Shown: positions 1 to 8,021 of the stretch, piece after piece
Layout of the letters: every line of letters starts with the position of its first letter
Numbering within the stretch: position 1 is the stretch's first letter
The notes under the pieces: generated by a model
What the model was told of the DNA's origin: nothing
What the model saw: only the letters and a program-made list of their open reading frames with translations
Database searches by the model: none
Translations under genes and position numbers: made by a program
Origin: a virus
Lineage: Duplodnaviria; Heunggongvirae; Uroviricota; Caudoviricetes
IMG/VR virus record: IMGVR_UViG_3300028602_000005
Coordinates: 1-18,136 of that record
DNA length: 18,136 nucleotides
Strand: one strand, 5' to 3'

Positions 1-1
1 A

Positions 2-234
2 ATAACTGAAGAAGATGATGATATAGAAGAATTTTTACATATTCAAACATATAATATGAATAATGAAAATACATTTTATACTGACCTTGATAGTAATATG
101 AACATAATAATAAATTATTGGAAGTATTTAATAATAAAATAAATTCAGAAAGAATAATAGTAATTGGAGAAGTTAAAACTTTAATAAATAAAAAAGGAAA
201 AATAAATTTTAATATAAATTATAAGGGATATTAA
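2..234 (+). pseudogene. 3' end of a hypothetical gene, apparently split by a 1-nt frameshift near 92-100
   Basis: Frame +2 is open from 2 to TAA 140-142 (ITEEDDDIEEFLHIQ...FYTDLDS). Frame +1 is open from 97 to TAA 232-234 (YEHNNKLLEVFNNKINSERIIVIGEVK...KGY) and ends 4 nt before the next ATG, like other junctions in the window. Confidence 0.4.
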
Positions 235-238
235 ATTT

Positions 239-979
239 ATGAGTGATATGATTGACATCACGATGACAGCAACAGTAAGACCTGATATTATTAGACGAAC
301 ATTAAAATCTTATTGTAAAAATCTCCTTCAAGAAAGAGATAGATATAGATTAATTATAAATATTGATCCTGTTGGGGAAGATATAAAACCAGAAAAAGTA
401 ATAAAAACATGTGAATCTTTTTTTAAAAATATAGTTTTTAATATTCCAAAAGAACCATCTTTTCCAAAAGCTGTCATTTGGACATGGAATCAAGTTGAAA
501 GTGATTTTGCATTTCATTTGGAAGATGATTGGTTATTAGAGAAATATATTGATATAAATGATATGATAAGAATATTAAATAAATATAAAGAAATTGCATG
601 TTTACGATTATCTAAATATAATATTCCAAATTCTAAAAGAATAAAATTATTTAATGCCGTTTATAAATATAATGAAGATGGATTTTATTTAGCGTTTGAC
701 AGTAAAAAACAATTTGGTTTAAATCCAGTTTTAATAAAAAAAAGTTTTATCAAACAAGCACTTCCATTGATGGTTGATAATAAAAATCCAGAAAAACAAT
801 TTAGATTTAATAATCCAAAAATGAGTGATTTTGTTTTAAGATGGAAATATGCAATTTATTCAAGACCTGGATGGAGAGCTTTAGCTATAGACAATGGAGT
901 AAATTGGAAGTATTCAAATAAATTTGTTAAACCAAACACAGGAACTTTTTTAGTTTGGCAAAAGAAGGAGAATCTTTAA
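239..979 (+). CDS. GT-A fold (GT2-like) glycosyltransferase
   Basis: N-terminal ITMTATVRPD strand/helix and acidic FHLEDDW motif at the DxD position; AAGGGA RBS; sugar-gene context. Confidence 0.75.
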   Translation: MSDMIDITMTATVRPDIIRRTLKSYCKNLLQERDRYRLIINIDPVGEDIKPEKVIKTCESFFKNIVFNIPKEPSFPKAVIWTWNQVESDFAFHLEDDWLLEKYIDINDMIRILNKYKEIACLRLSKYNIPNSKRIKLFNAVYKYNEDGFYLAFDSKKQFGLNPVLIKKSFIKQALPLMVDNKNPEKQFRFNNPKMSDFVLRWKYAIYSRPGWRALAIDNGVNWKYSNKFVKPNTGTFLVWQKKENL

Positions 980-1950
980 TGATTTTATTAACTGGTGGAT
1001 TGGGTTTTATAGGTTTTCATATGGCTATAAAACTTTTAGATATGGGACATGGTGTAATAATTATAGATAATATGAATGAAAAAGATTTAAAAAATAAGAA
1101 GATAAAAAATATAAGATTAGATTATTTAATTAATAAATATTCACATAAAAAATTATTAATTTATAATTTAGATTTAAAAGATGAAGATCAAATTAAAAGT
1201 ACTTTAAAATATTATGAAATTAAAAATGTAATTCATTTATCCGCATCAGCAGGTGTAAATGATAATTATTTATTTAATAATGAATATATTGATAATAATA
1301 TTACATCTATTGTTAATCTTTTAAATTACATTAGAAAAGAAAATGTAAATATAAAAAGCTTTTTATTTGCATCAACATCATCAGTTTATGGTTCCCATAA
1401 TCCACCATTTAAAGAAGATTTTGTTTTAGATAGACCTCTTAATATGTATGCAATTTCTAAAATTGCGGCAGAAAATATATTGAAATTATATTCAAAAGAA
1501 TTAAAAAATACTAATTTTATTGTAATGAGATATTCAAGTGTTTATGGTCCATATGGTAGACAAGATATGATTTACTATAAATTTAAAGAACTTATAGAAA
1601 AAAATGAAACAATTCCTTTATATAATTATGGTTTAAATATAAGATCTTTTACATATATAGACGATATAGTTGAATCTACTATAAAATTAATGGATTCAAA
1701 TTTTGAAAATAATTTTGATATTTATAATATTACAAATTTTAATACGTATACTGTAGCTGAATTTTTAAATGAAATGAAAAAGTATTATAATGAAAAGATT
1801 AAGGTAGATTTATTACCAGAAAGAAATTTTGATATTCCAGTGGCATATATGTCATTGGAAAAATTAAAAAATAAAATTGGATTTTTTCCAAATATTAAAT
1901 TAGAAGAAGGTTTGAAAAAATTGATTTCATGGGAGAAAGAAAATGATTAA
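979..1950 (+). CDS. NAD-dependent NDP-sugar epimerase/dehydratase (extended SDR, UDP-glucuronate 4-epimerase-like)
   Basis: GGLGFIG Rossmann motif, HLSASAGV, ASTSSVYG, YAISK (YxxxK), RYSSVYGPYGRQDM, RSFTYIDDIV. Start moved from 955 to ATG 979 (AGGAG upstream, TAATG overlap with the previous stop). Confidence 0.92.
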   Translation: MILLTGGLGFIGFHMAIKLLDMGHGVIIIDNMNEKDLKNKKIKNIRLDYLINKYSHKKLLIYNLDLKDEDQIKSTLKYYEIKNVIHLSASAGVNDNYLFNNEYIDNNITSIVNLLNYIRKENVNIKSFLFASTSSVYGSHNPPFKEDFVLDRPLNMYAISKIAAENILKLYSKELKNTNFIVMRYSSVYGPYGRQDMIYYKFKELIEKNETIPLYNYGLNIRSFTYIDDIVESTIKLMDSNFENNFDIYNITNFNTYTVAEFLNEMKKYYNEKIKVDLLPERNFDIPVAYMSLEKLKNKIGFFPNIKLEEGLKKLISWEKEND

Positions 1951-2479
1951 AAAAGGATATTTAATATCATATAAAAGTGATCCAAAAAATTTAGATTTAA
2001 TAACAATGACAAGAGTTGATGATATTGAAGATGAAGGAACAACAATTATAGTTTCAAAAAATAAAAAAATAGATCATAGAAGAATTGAATCCTACTTTGA
2101 ACCTCCTGAAAGTAGATTTACTCCATATGGTAGAGAAGAAATTTTATATGGATATTTTAATCCAATATATACAAATAATTTTTTAAAAAATGGAGAAAAG
2201 TTTTATAAGTTAAAAGTTGGTAATTATATAATGTATGAACATAGTTTTCATATTGAAAAGAATGGACTTCCAACTGTAACAATGTCAGTAAATAAAATAA
2301 AATCAATATGTGATGATAGTATTAAATTAATTTTAGATAATGGAGAAAAAATAGATCATAGACAAGTATTTAAAATAATTTTAGATGAAAATAATTTAAA
2401 ATTATATGATCATTATGATTTTAATTTTCTACCAATTAAATATAAAATTAATAATGAAAAAGAAAAGGAAAAAGACTAA
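1943..2479 (+). CDS. hypothetical protein
   Basis: 178-aa ORF overlapping both neighbours; no motif recognised. Confidence 0.7.
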   Translation: MIKKGYLISYKSDPKNLDLITMTRVDDIEDEGTTIIVSKNKKIDHRRIESYFEPPESRFTPYGREEILYGYFNPIYTNNFLKNGEKFYKLKVGNYIMYEHSFHIEKNGLPTVTMSVNKIKSICDDSIKLILDNGEKIDHRQVFKIILDENNLKLYDHYDFNFLPIKYKINNEKEKEKD

Positions 2480-3675
2480 TGAAGCAAGGAAAAGCAAACC
2501 AATCAAATATAACTTTTTTTGAAAAAGAAATGGTAATACATAAAAAATATAAAGAAAATGAAATAAATAAATTATCAAGTGTAAGCAATGAAATTGCTTG
2601 CATAAACAAATTTAAAAACACAATAAAAAATAATTTTTTTCCAGAAATAATTGTATTTGAATCTAAATCATATATTATGTTTAAATATAGTTTTCCATTA
2701 GGAACATCAACACAAGTTTTTGTTGAAAATTTTAGAAGAGTTTTATTTTCTATAGATTTTTCTGAATTTGAAAATCAAATGAAAAGAATTTTAGAAATCT
2801 TAAAAGCATGTAAAATTAATCATAGAGATATAAATCCTGGAAATTTAATGTTTTGCGAAAAAGAAAAAACATTTAAATTAATAGATTTTTATTGGGCAAA
2901 AATGGATGGAATAGTAGTAGGTGATCCGAAGGGATTAAATGAAGTTTATGGATTGAATGATGAGAAAGCATTTAAAAAAATTATAAACGAATGTAAAGAA
3001 TTATATAAAAATATTAAAAAAGATATTGAAGAAACAATTATATTAACAAAAGATTTTGGAAAAGTGAGATTTGATGGATCATCAAAACATATTGGAAAAT
3101 TATATCATAAATTAAATGTTCCTTATTTTAATAACCTTCCAACACATAGAGATACATCTTTTGAAGAAGCAAATGTAATTTTAGAAAATACCTCATCAAA
3201 TATAGGAAGTGTAATTGATTTTGGATGTGCGAATGGAAATCTGATTTTTACTCTTATGAGAAATTTAGAATTAGAAAAAGCCATTGGATATGAATATGAT
3301 GATTCTGTTTTTAAATTTTTAAATAATATGAAAAAAGTATTTAATTTAGAAGAACTTGAAGTCAGAAAAGAAGTTACACCATCAACAGAATTTGAAAAAG
3401 TAAATTTGATTTTATGTATGAATGTTCACATGTGGTTGGTAAAAAGATTTGGAAAAGACGCAGATAAAATAATCGAAAACATGATTAAAAATTCAACTGT
3501 AATGTTTTTTCAAACGGCTGGAAAAGAAAGTGAAGGAATGTATAAATTAGATTATTTAGATTCAAAAGAAACAATAGAAAAGTATTTAACCGACAGAGGT
3601 GGAAAAGTGGAATTTATAAGAACTTCAACACTTCATGGTGGAAAAAGACATTTATTTAAAATTTTAGGAGGATAA
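2479..3675 (+). CDS. protein-kinase-like (phosphotransferase) domain fused to a class I SAM methyltransferase
   Basis: N-half has HRDINPGN catalytic loop and LIDFYW; C-half has VIDFGCANG motif I, GYEYD motif II and LILCMNVHMW. Confidence 0.8.
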   Translation: MKQGKANQSNITFFEKEMVIHKKYKENEINKLSSVSNEIACINKFKNTIKNNFFPEIIVFESKSYIMFKYSFPLGTSTQVFVENFRRVLFSIDFSEFENQMKRILEILKACKINHRDINPGNLMFCEKEKTFKLIDFYWAKMDGIVVGDPKGLNEVYGLNDEKAFKKIINECKELYKNIKKDIEETIILTKDFGKVRFDGSSKHIGKLYHKLNVPYFNNLPTHRDTSFEEANVILENTSSNIGSVIDFGCANGNLIFTLMRNLELEKAIGYEYDDSVFKFLNNMKKVFNLEELEVRKEVTPSTEFEKVNLILCMNVHMWLVKRFGKDADKIIENMIKNSTVMFFQTAGKESEGMYKLDYLDSKETIEKYLTDRGGKVEFIRTSTLHGGKRHLFKILGG

Positions 3676-3683
3676 TTTAAAAA

Positions 3684-4364
3684 ATGATTACAGTTGTAAT
3701 GCCAGTTTTAGGACACATTAAATTGACAAATAATATGTTAAGAATGATGAGTAATAATATAGTTAAACCAGAAATGGTTATTATTTTCGATAATGATTAT
3801 AAATCAAATCTTGGTAGTATTATTGAAAAATATAGGGGTGAATTAAATATTTGTTATATAAAAAATAATACAAATATTGGAGTAAACCCTTGTTGGAATG
3901 AAGGAATATTAAGATCGAAAACTCCATTAATTTCTATATTAAATAATGATTTATTAATAAGTAAATATTTTTTCAAAAAGATAATAGAGACTTATAATGA
4001 AAATGATAAATATGGAATTATATGTCCTAATACTATAAAAAATAGAGCAACTGTAGAAACAACAAATGATGATAAAGTGATTGTAAATAAAATGGGAAAA
4101 AGAGAAGGATGGGCATTTACAATAAGAAAAGATCTAACAAATAAAATGGACCCAATTCCAGAAGAACTTAAAATATATTGTGGTGATGATTATTTATTTA
4201 AAAAATGTAGAGATTTAGAATATAAAGCTGTGAAAATAATGAATAATTATATTTATCATTTTGGTGGTGTTACTGTTTCAGGGCATTTTGGTAAAAGAAC
4301 TCCGTTGAAAGAGGAAAAAGTAATCTGGTCTGATATTTTGAAAAAGGAAATATCGAATGATTAA
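3684..4364 (+). CDS. glycosyltransferase family 2
   Basis: ITVVMPV, VIIFDN, NTNIGVNPCWNEG, ILNND, YCGDDYLF, IYHFGG: typical GT2 pattern; AGGAGG RBS. Confidence 0.88.
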   Translation: MITVVMPVLGHIKLTNNMLRMMSNNIVKPEMVIIFDNDYKSNLGSIIEKYRGELNICYIKNNTNIGVNPCWNEGILRSKTPLISILNNDLLISKYFFKKIIETYNENDKYGIICPNTIKNRATVETTNDDKVIVNKMGKREGWAFTIRKDLTNKMDPIPEELKIYCGDDYLFKKCRDLEYKAVKIMNNYIYHFGGVTVSGHFGKRTPLKEEKVIWSDILKKEISND

Positions 4365-4908
4365 AGGTGTAAAACAGTTAAAAGATAATTTAGATTTTAA
4401 AGATTATGATATAGGATCATATACATATGGTTTACCAAAAATACTTGATTATAAAAGAAAAATAAAACCAAAATTAAAAATTGGAAGATTTTGTTCTATA
4501 GGAAAAAATGTAACAATATTTTTATCTTATACTAATCATAATTATTTAAAAGTATCATCATATCCTTTTGATTATCTTTTAAATGGAAAAATAAATGAAA
4601 AAAACAATTCAGATGTTATAATTGGAAATGATGTTTGGATTGGATATGATGTTTTTATAAATAGTGGAATAGAAATTGGTGATGGTGCTGTAATAGGTTC
4701 TAAAAGTGTTGTTACTAAAAACGTAAATCCTTATGAAATAGTTGGTGGAAATCCAATTAAAAATATAAAATATAGATTTACTGAAAATCAAATAAATAAG
4801 TTACTAAAAATTAAATGGTGGGATTGGAATATAGAAAAAATATTAGAAAATGTAAATTATATAAATAATGAAAATATAGATGAATTTATTACCAAGTTTC
4901 ATTATTAA
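4357..4908 (+). CDS. CatB/Vat-related hexapeptide-repeat O-acetyltransferase
   Basis: IGSYTYG, KIGRFCSIG, SSYPF, IGNDVWIG, IGDGAVIGSKSVVTKNV, IVGGNP, YRF, KWWDW. Confidence 0.9.
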   Translation: MIKGVKQLKDNLDFKDYDIGSYTYGLPKILDYKRKIKPKLKIGRFCSIGKNVTIFLSYTNHNYLKVSSYPFDYLLNGKINEKNNSDVIIGNDVWIGYDVFINSGIEIGDGAVIGSKSVVTKNVNPYEIVGGNPIKNIKYRFTENQINKLLKIKWWDWNIEKILENVNYINNENIDEFITKFHY

Positions 4909-4916
4909 ATTATTTT

Positions 4917-4929
4917 CTATATATATTAA
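4917..4929 (+). promoter_or_regulatory. CTATATATATTAA motif, third copy of a putative promoter element
   Basis: 13 of the 14 nt of the motif found upstream of both minus-strand genes; lies at the start of the 281-nt intergenic region. Confidence 0.3.
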
Positions 4930-5057
4930 AATATGAGGTGTGTTTTAATATTTATTTTTTAATTCATTATTATTTTTTTAATAGATAAAAAATTCTCAAT
5001 CAAATAAAACATAAAAATTTATTTTTGTTGGATTAAAAATATTATCCAATTATAAAT

Positions 5058-5084
5058 GAGAGAGAAATCATTGATTTCTCTCTC
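5058..5084. repeat. perfect 13-bp inverted repeat with 1-nt centre
   Basis: GAGAGAGAAATCA-T-TGATTTCTCTCTC in the intergenic region; no U-tract on either side. Confidence 0.85.
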
Positions 5085-5189
5085 GATAAAATTTTCAAAC
5101 TTTCAAACATGAATTTTTTGTAAATAATTATTAATTGTTAAAAATTATTAGAAAAAATAATGTATCTTTAATGGAAAAGGAAATGAAAG

Positions 5190-5636
5190 ATGAGAGCCGT
5201 TATTAATGATAAATATATAGGCATCAGTAATAATATGGGATGGTCTGATGAAAAATTTAGAGATGTTAGGCATAAAGCTATTGAAGAACATAGAATAAGA
5301 AATAAAAAACAAAAAGATAAAAAGGGAAATTTAATAGAAATATTTAAACCTGGAGATTTAGTTGTTGTAATATCTCAGAATTATCGTGGTAATAAAAATA
5401 GAAAATATTTTATGTTAGAAGTTATAGATTTTGAATTAACGGAACATGATAATATAAAATATTTTGGAATTGTTTTAAAAACAACAGATAATATTTATAG
5501 ATTGGGTAGAATGATTACTTTTTATAAAAATCATTCATATTGGTTAGATAAATTTAAATATGAAAATGTTCCCGTAGATTCTATAAAATGGGATTATGAA
5601 TTAGATAAAAAAGGAGAGATTAGAAAGGTAGAATAA
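5190..5636 (+). CDS. hypothetical protein
   Basis: 148-aa ORF, AAGGA upstream, TAATG overlap with the next gene. Confidence 0.75.
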   Translation: MRAVINDKYIGISNNMGWSDEKFRDVRHKAIEEHRIRNKKQKDKKGNLIEIFKPGDLVVVISQNYRGNKNRKYFMLEVIDFELTEHDNIKYFGIVLKTTDNIYRLGRMITFYKNHSYWLDKFKYENVPVDSIKWDYELDKKGEIRKVE

Positions 5637-6166
5637 TGTATTGGTTTACAGCAGATGAACATTTGGGTCATAAAAATATTATAGAATATTGTAATAGACC
5701 TTTCGATAATGCAAAGGAAATGAATAATTGTATAATTGATAGACATAATGAAGTTGTTAAAGATAACGATATAGTTATTCACTGTGCTGACTTCACTATA
5801 GAAAATAGAGAAAAAGCAGAAGCTTATATAAGAAGATTAAAAGGAAGACAACATATATTTTTAAGAGGTAGTCATGATTATTGGTTAAAAGGAACACATT
5901 CTCATGAAATATGGGAGAAGAAAATTGGTGGGAATTATTTTGTCGCTTGTCATTATTTAATGTATACATGGCCTAGATCACATTATGGATCTTTTCTTTG
6001 TTTTGGGCATTCACATGGAAAAATTAAACCATTTGGAAAACAACATGATGTGGGAGTTGATAATAATAATTTTTACCCTATAAGTTCAGAACAACTTGTA
6101 GAAATAATGAAAACAAGACCAAATAATCCTAATTTAATTTCTAATAAAAAGGAGAATAATAGATGA
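5636..6166 (+). CDS. calcineurin-like metallophosphoesterase
   Basis: FTADEHLGH, HCADF, RGSHD, CHY, GHSHG, HDVGVDNNNFYP in the usual order. Confidence 0.88.
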   Translation: MYWFTADEHLGHKNIIEYCNRPFDNAKEMNNCIIDRHNEVVKDNDIVIHCADFTIENREKAEAYIRRLKGRQHIFLRGSHDYWLKGTHSHEIWEKKIGGNYFVACHYLMYTWPRSHYGSFLCFGHSHGKIKPFGKQHDVGVDNNNFYPISSEQLVEIMKTRPNNPNLISNKKENNR

Positions 6167-6660
6167 AATATATAAAATATTTAATATATATTTTAAGACA
6201 TAAATGGTTTGTTTTTATTGAATGTTTTAAAATGAAAATTATTTGGAGAGGGATTTTTCATGATTTAAGTAAATTTCGTCCAAGTGAATTTATTCCATAT
6301 GCAAATCATTTTTATGGTGAAAAAGCTTCTGATATTAATAAAGGAAGAGATTCTTCTGGCTATTATGAAGCTGGAAATACAGGTGACTTAAATTTTGATA
6401 TTGCGTGGTTTTACCATCAAAAAAGAAATAGACATCATTGGCAATGGTGGATAATTCCAATAAATTGTAATTGTTATAAAATTTTAAGCATGGATGAAGA
6501 TTCAATTAAAGAAATCGTTTGTGATTGGGTAGGAGCAGGAAAAGCAATAAATGGAAAAGACAGTAGTGTAAATTCTTGGTACAATCAAAATAAAGATAAA
6601 ATAACATTAAATACTGAAACAAGAAGAAAAATAGAAGAAATATTAAAACTTTACAAATAG
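6163..6660 (+). CDS. DUF5662-like (HD-related) protein
   Basis: HKWFV, HDLSKF, EF.PYA, AWFYHQKRNRHHWQWW, CDWVGAG pattern recognised from memory of the family; ends in TAG. Confidence 0.72.
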   Translation: MKYIKYLIYILRHKWFVFIECFKMKIIWRGIFHDLSKFRPSEFIPYANHFYGEKASDINKGRDSSGYYEAGNTGDLNFDIAWFYHQKRNRHHWQWWIIPINCNCYKILSMDEDSIKEIVCDWVGAGKAINGKDSSVNSWYNQNKDKITLNTETRRKIEEILKLYK

Positions 6661-6669
6661 GAGAGAAAA

Positions 6670-7080
6670 ATGGATTTAACAAAAAAATATATTCAAATGT
6701 GTAGAAAAGCTTTAGATATTCAAAGTTCATTTTCAGTTAGTGTTGGAGATTATTGTGTTAGAAAAATTAAATATTCTGAATGACATATTATAGATTTCTT
6801 TGATTTAAATTTCGAAGGAAATAAATATACAAAATGTATAAACGGACATTTTTGGTTGCCTAGACAAGATCAATTACAAGATATGATAAAAGATTATAAT
6901 ACTACTATCTTAATATTTTATGATGGTAAAAATTGGAAATGTGTACTTACAAATAATAATACTGAAGGTATTAATGGAATTACTATAATTTCAGATTCTT
7001 TAGAAAAATTATGGTTTTGTATAGTAATGTTTTTAAAATATTCAAAAAGATGGAAATATAATAAATGGATGGATATTTAA
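6670..7080 (+). pseudogene. hypothetical phage protein interrupted by one in-frame TGA (6781-6783)
   Basis: AGGAGAG RBS and ATG 6670 (MDLTKKYIQMCRKALDIQ...KYSE*HIIDFF...WLPRQDQLQDM...) are in frame with the track ORF 6856-7080. Confidence 0.65.
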
Positions 7081-7081
7081 A

Positions 7082-7195
7082 ATGAGAAATGCTACTGAAA
7101 TTTTAAAAAGAAGATATATTGGTAAAAATATTTTTAGAAGATTTAAAATTTGGTTAATGCTTAAATGGTCAAAAATAATTTACAAAAAAGGTTAG
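7082..7195 (+). CDS. small basic hypothetical protein (37 aa)
   Basis: ATG 1 nt after the previous TAA; MRNATEILKRRYIGKNIFRRFKIWLMLKWSKIIYKKG; TAG stop; fills the gap exactly. Confidence 0.5.
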   Translation: MRNATEILKRRYIGKNIFRRFKIWLMLKWSKIIYKKG

Positions 7196-7200
7196 ATAAT

Positions 7201-7494
7201 ATGGAAACAGTTGAACCAATAGAAGAAATGATGAAGATACTTAAAATAGACGATTCAAGTTATGGATTAGTTTTTGATAAAATGACAAAAAGATCAGACT
7301 TTTATGAATTTATTACTTATTTTTATGACATTTTTTATATAAATCAAAAGTATCCTTCTTTTGATTATCATTGGGATGAAAGATGGAAAGAGTTTGTATT
7401 AGAATTTTTTGAAGAATCCAAATTTATAGAATCAGTTTTAGAATGGCTTTTAAATATAAAAAAGGAAAAAATAAATGGAGAAAACGAAAAATGA
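7201..7494 (+). CDS. hypothetical protein
   Basis: Track ORF 7165-7494; start more likely ATG 7201, which has AAAGGT upstream. Confidence 0.7.
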   Translation: METVEPIEEMMKILKIDDSSYGLVFDKMTKRSDFYEFITYFYDIFYINQKYPSFDYHWDERWKEFVLEFFEESKFIESVLEWLLNIKKEKINGENEK

Positions 7495-7583
7495 ATAGTT
7501 TAGAAGCTTTGTTACTTTTAGGAATTTTTGTAGTTCAAATTATATGTTTAATATCAATTAATTTTCCGGTAAAAAGAAAATGA
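7491..7583 (+). CDS. small membrane peptide (30 aa)
   Basis: GGAG RBS, ATGA overlaps at both ends; MNSLEALLLLGIFVVQIICLISINFPVKRK is a hydrophobic stretch with a basic tail. Confidence 0.55.
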   Translation: MNSLEALLLLGIFVVQIICLISINFPVKRK

Positions 7584-7879
7584 AAATTGAAAAACCTTGG
7601 TGTGTATTTGGTTATAAATGGAAATTATTTGGATTCGGTTTAATTGAAAAATTAAATGAAAATACTTGTTATATAAAATTTTCTGAAAAATAAAATTTTT
7701 CAAATGATTGTTGGGATTTAAATAATGTTTGGAGATTTGAAACACTTAGAGAAGCAGCAAAAAAATATCAACAAAATTATAATAATACAAGAGAGGGAGA
7801 TATATCTGACGATCAAATCGAAAGATATATGAAAGAACGATTTCCATCATACTATGAGGTAGAAAAAGAAAATGGGTAA
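7580..7879 (+). pseudogene. hypothetical protein interrupted by one in-frame TAA (7691-7693)
   Basis: MKIEKPWCVFGYKW...KFSEK*NFSNDCWDLNNVWRFETLREAAKKY...EKENG; the frame stays open for 61 codons past the TAA and ends overlapping the next ATG. Confidence 0.6.
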
Positions 7880-8012
7880 AACGTACAAAGATACTAGAAA
7901 AGTCCTTGACTTTGAAGAAGAATCTAAAAAAATTAAAGAGAAAAAAGAAAAAAAAGAAAGACAAAAAAGTATAAAAAGACTTTTAGATCAAGCTGAAAAA
8001 TTACCTTGGTGA
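7872..8012 (+). CDS. small charged hypothetical protein (46 aa)
   Basis: GAGGT upstream; MGKTYKDTRKVLDFEEESKKIKEKKEKKERQKSIKRLLDQAEKLPW; overlaps the previous stop. Confidence 0.55.
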   Translation: MGKTYKDTRKVLDFEEESKKIKEKKEKKERQKSIKRLLDQAEKLPW

Positions 8013-8021
8013 GGTTGTTAA

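Noticed and set aside
4933-4962. Mini-ORF MRCVLIFIF and a GAGGTG SD-like word after the TATA-rich motif
   Set aside because: No RBS ahead of the ATG and no start codon at a usable distance after GAGGTG.
6781-6830. Selenocysteine at the in-frame TGA
   Set aside because: The downstream sequence is AT-rich with no evident SECIS-like hairpin, there is no redox motif context, and no sel genes are seen.
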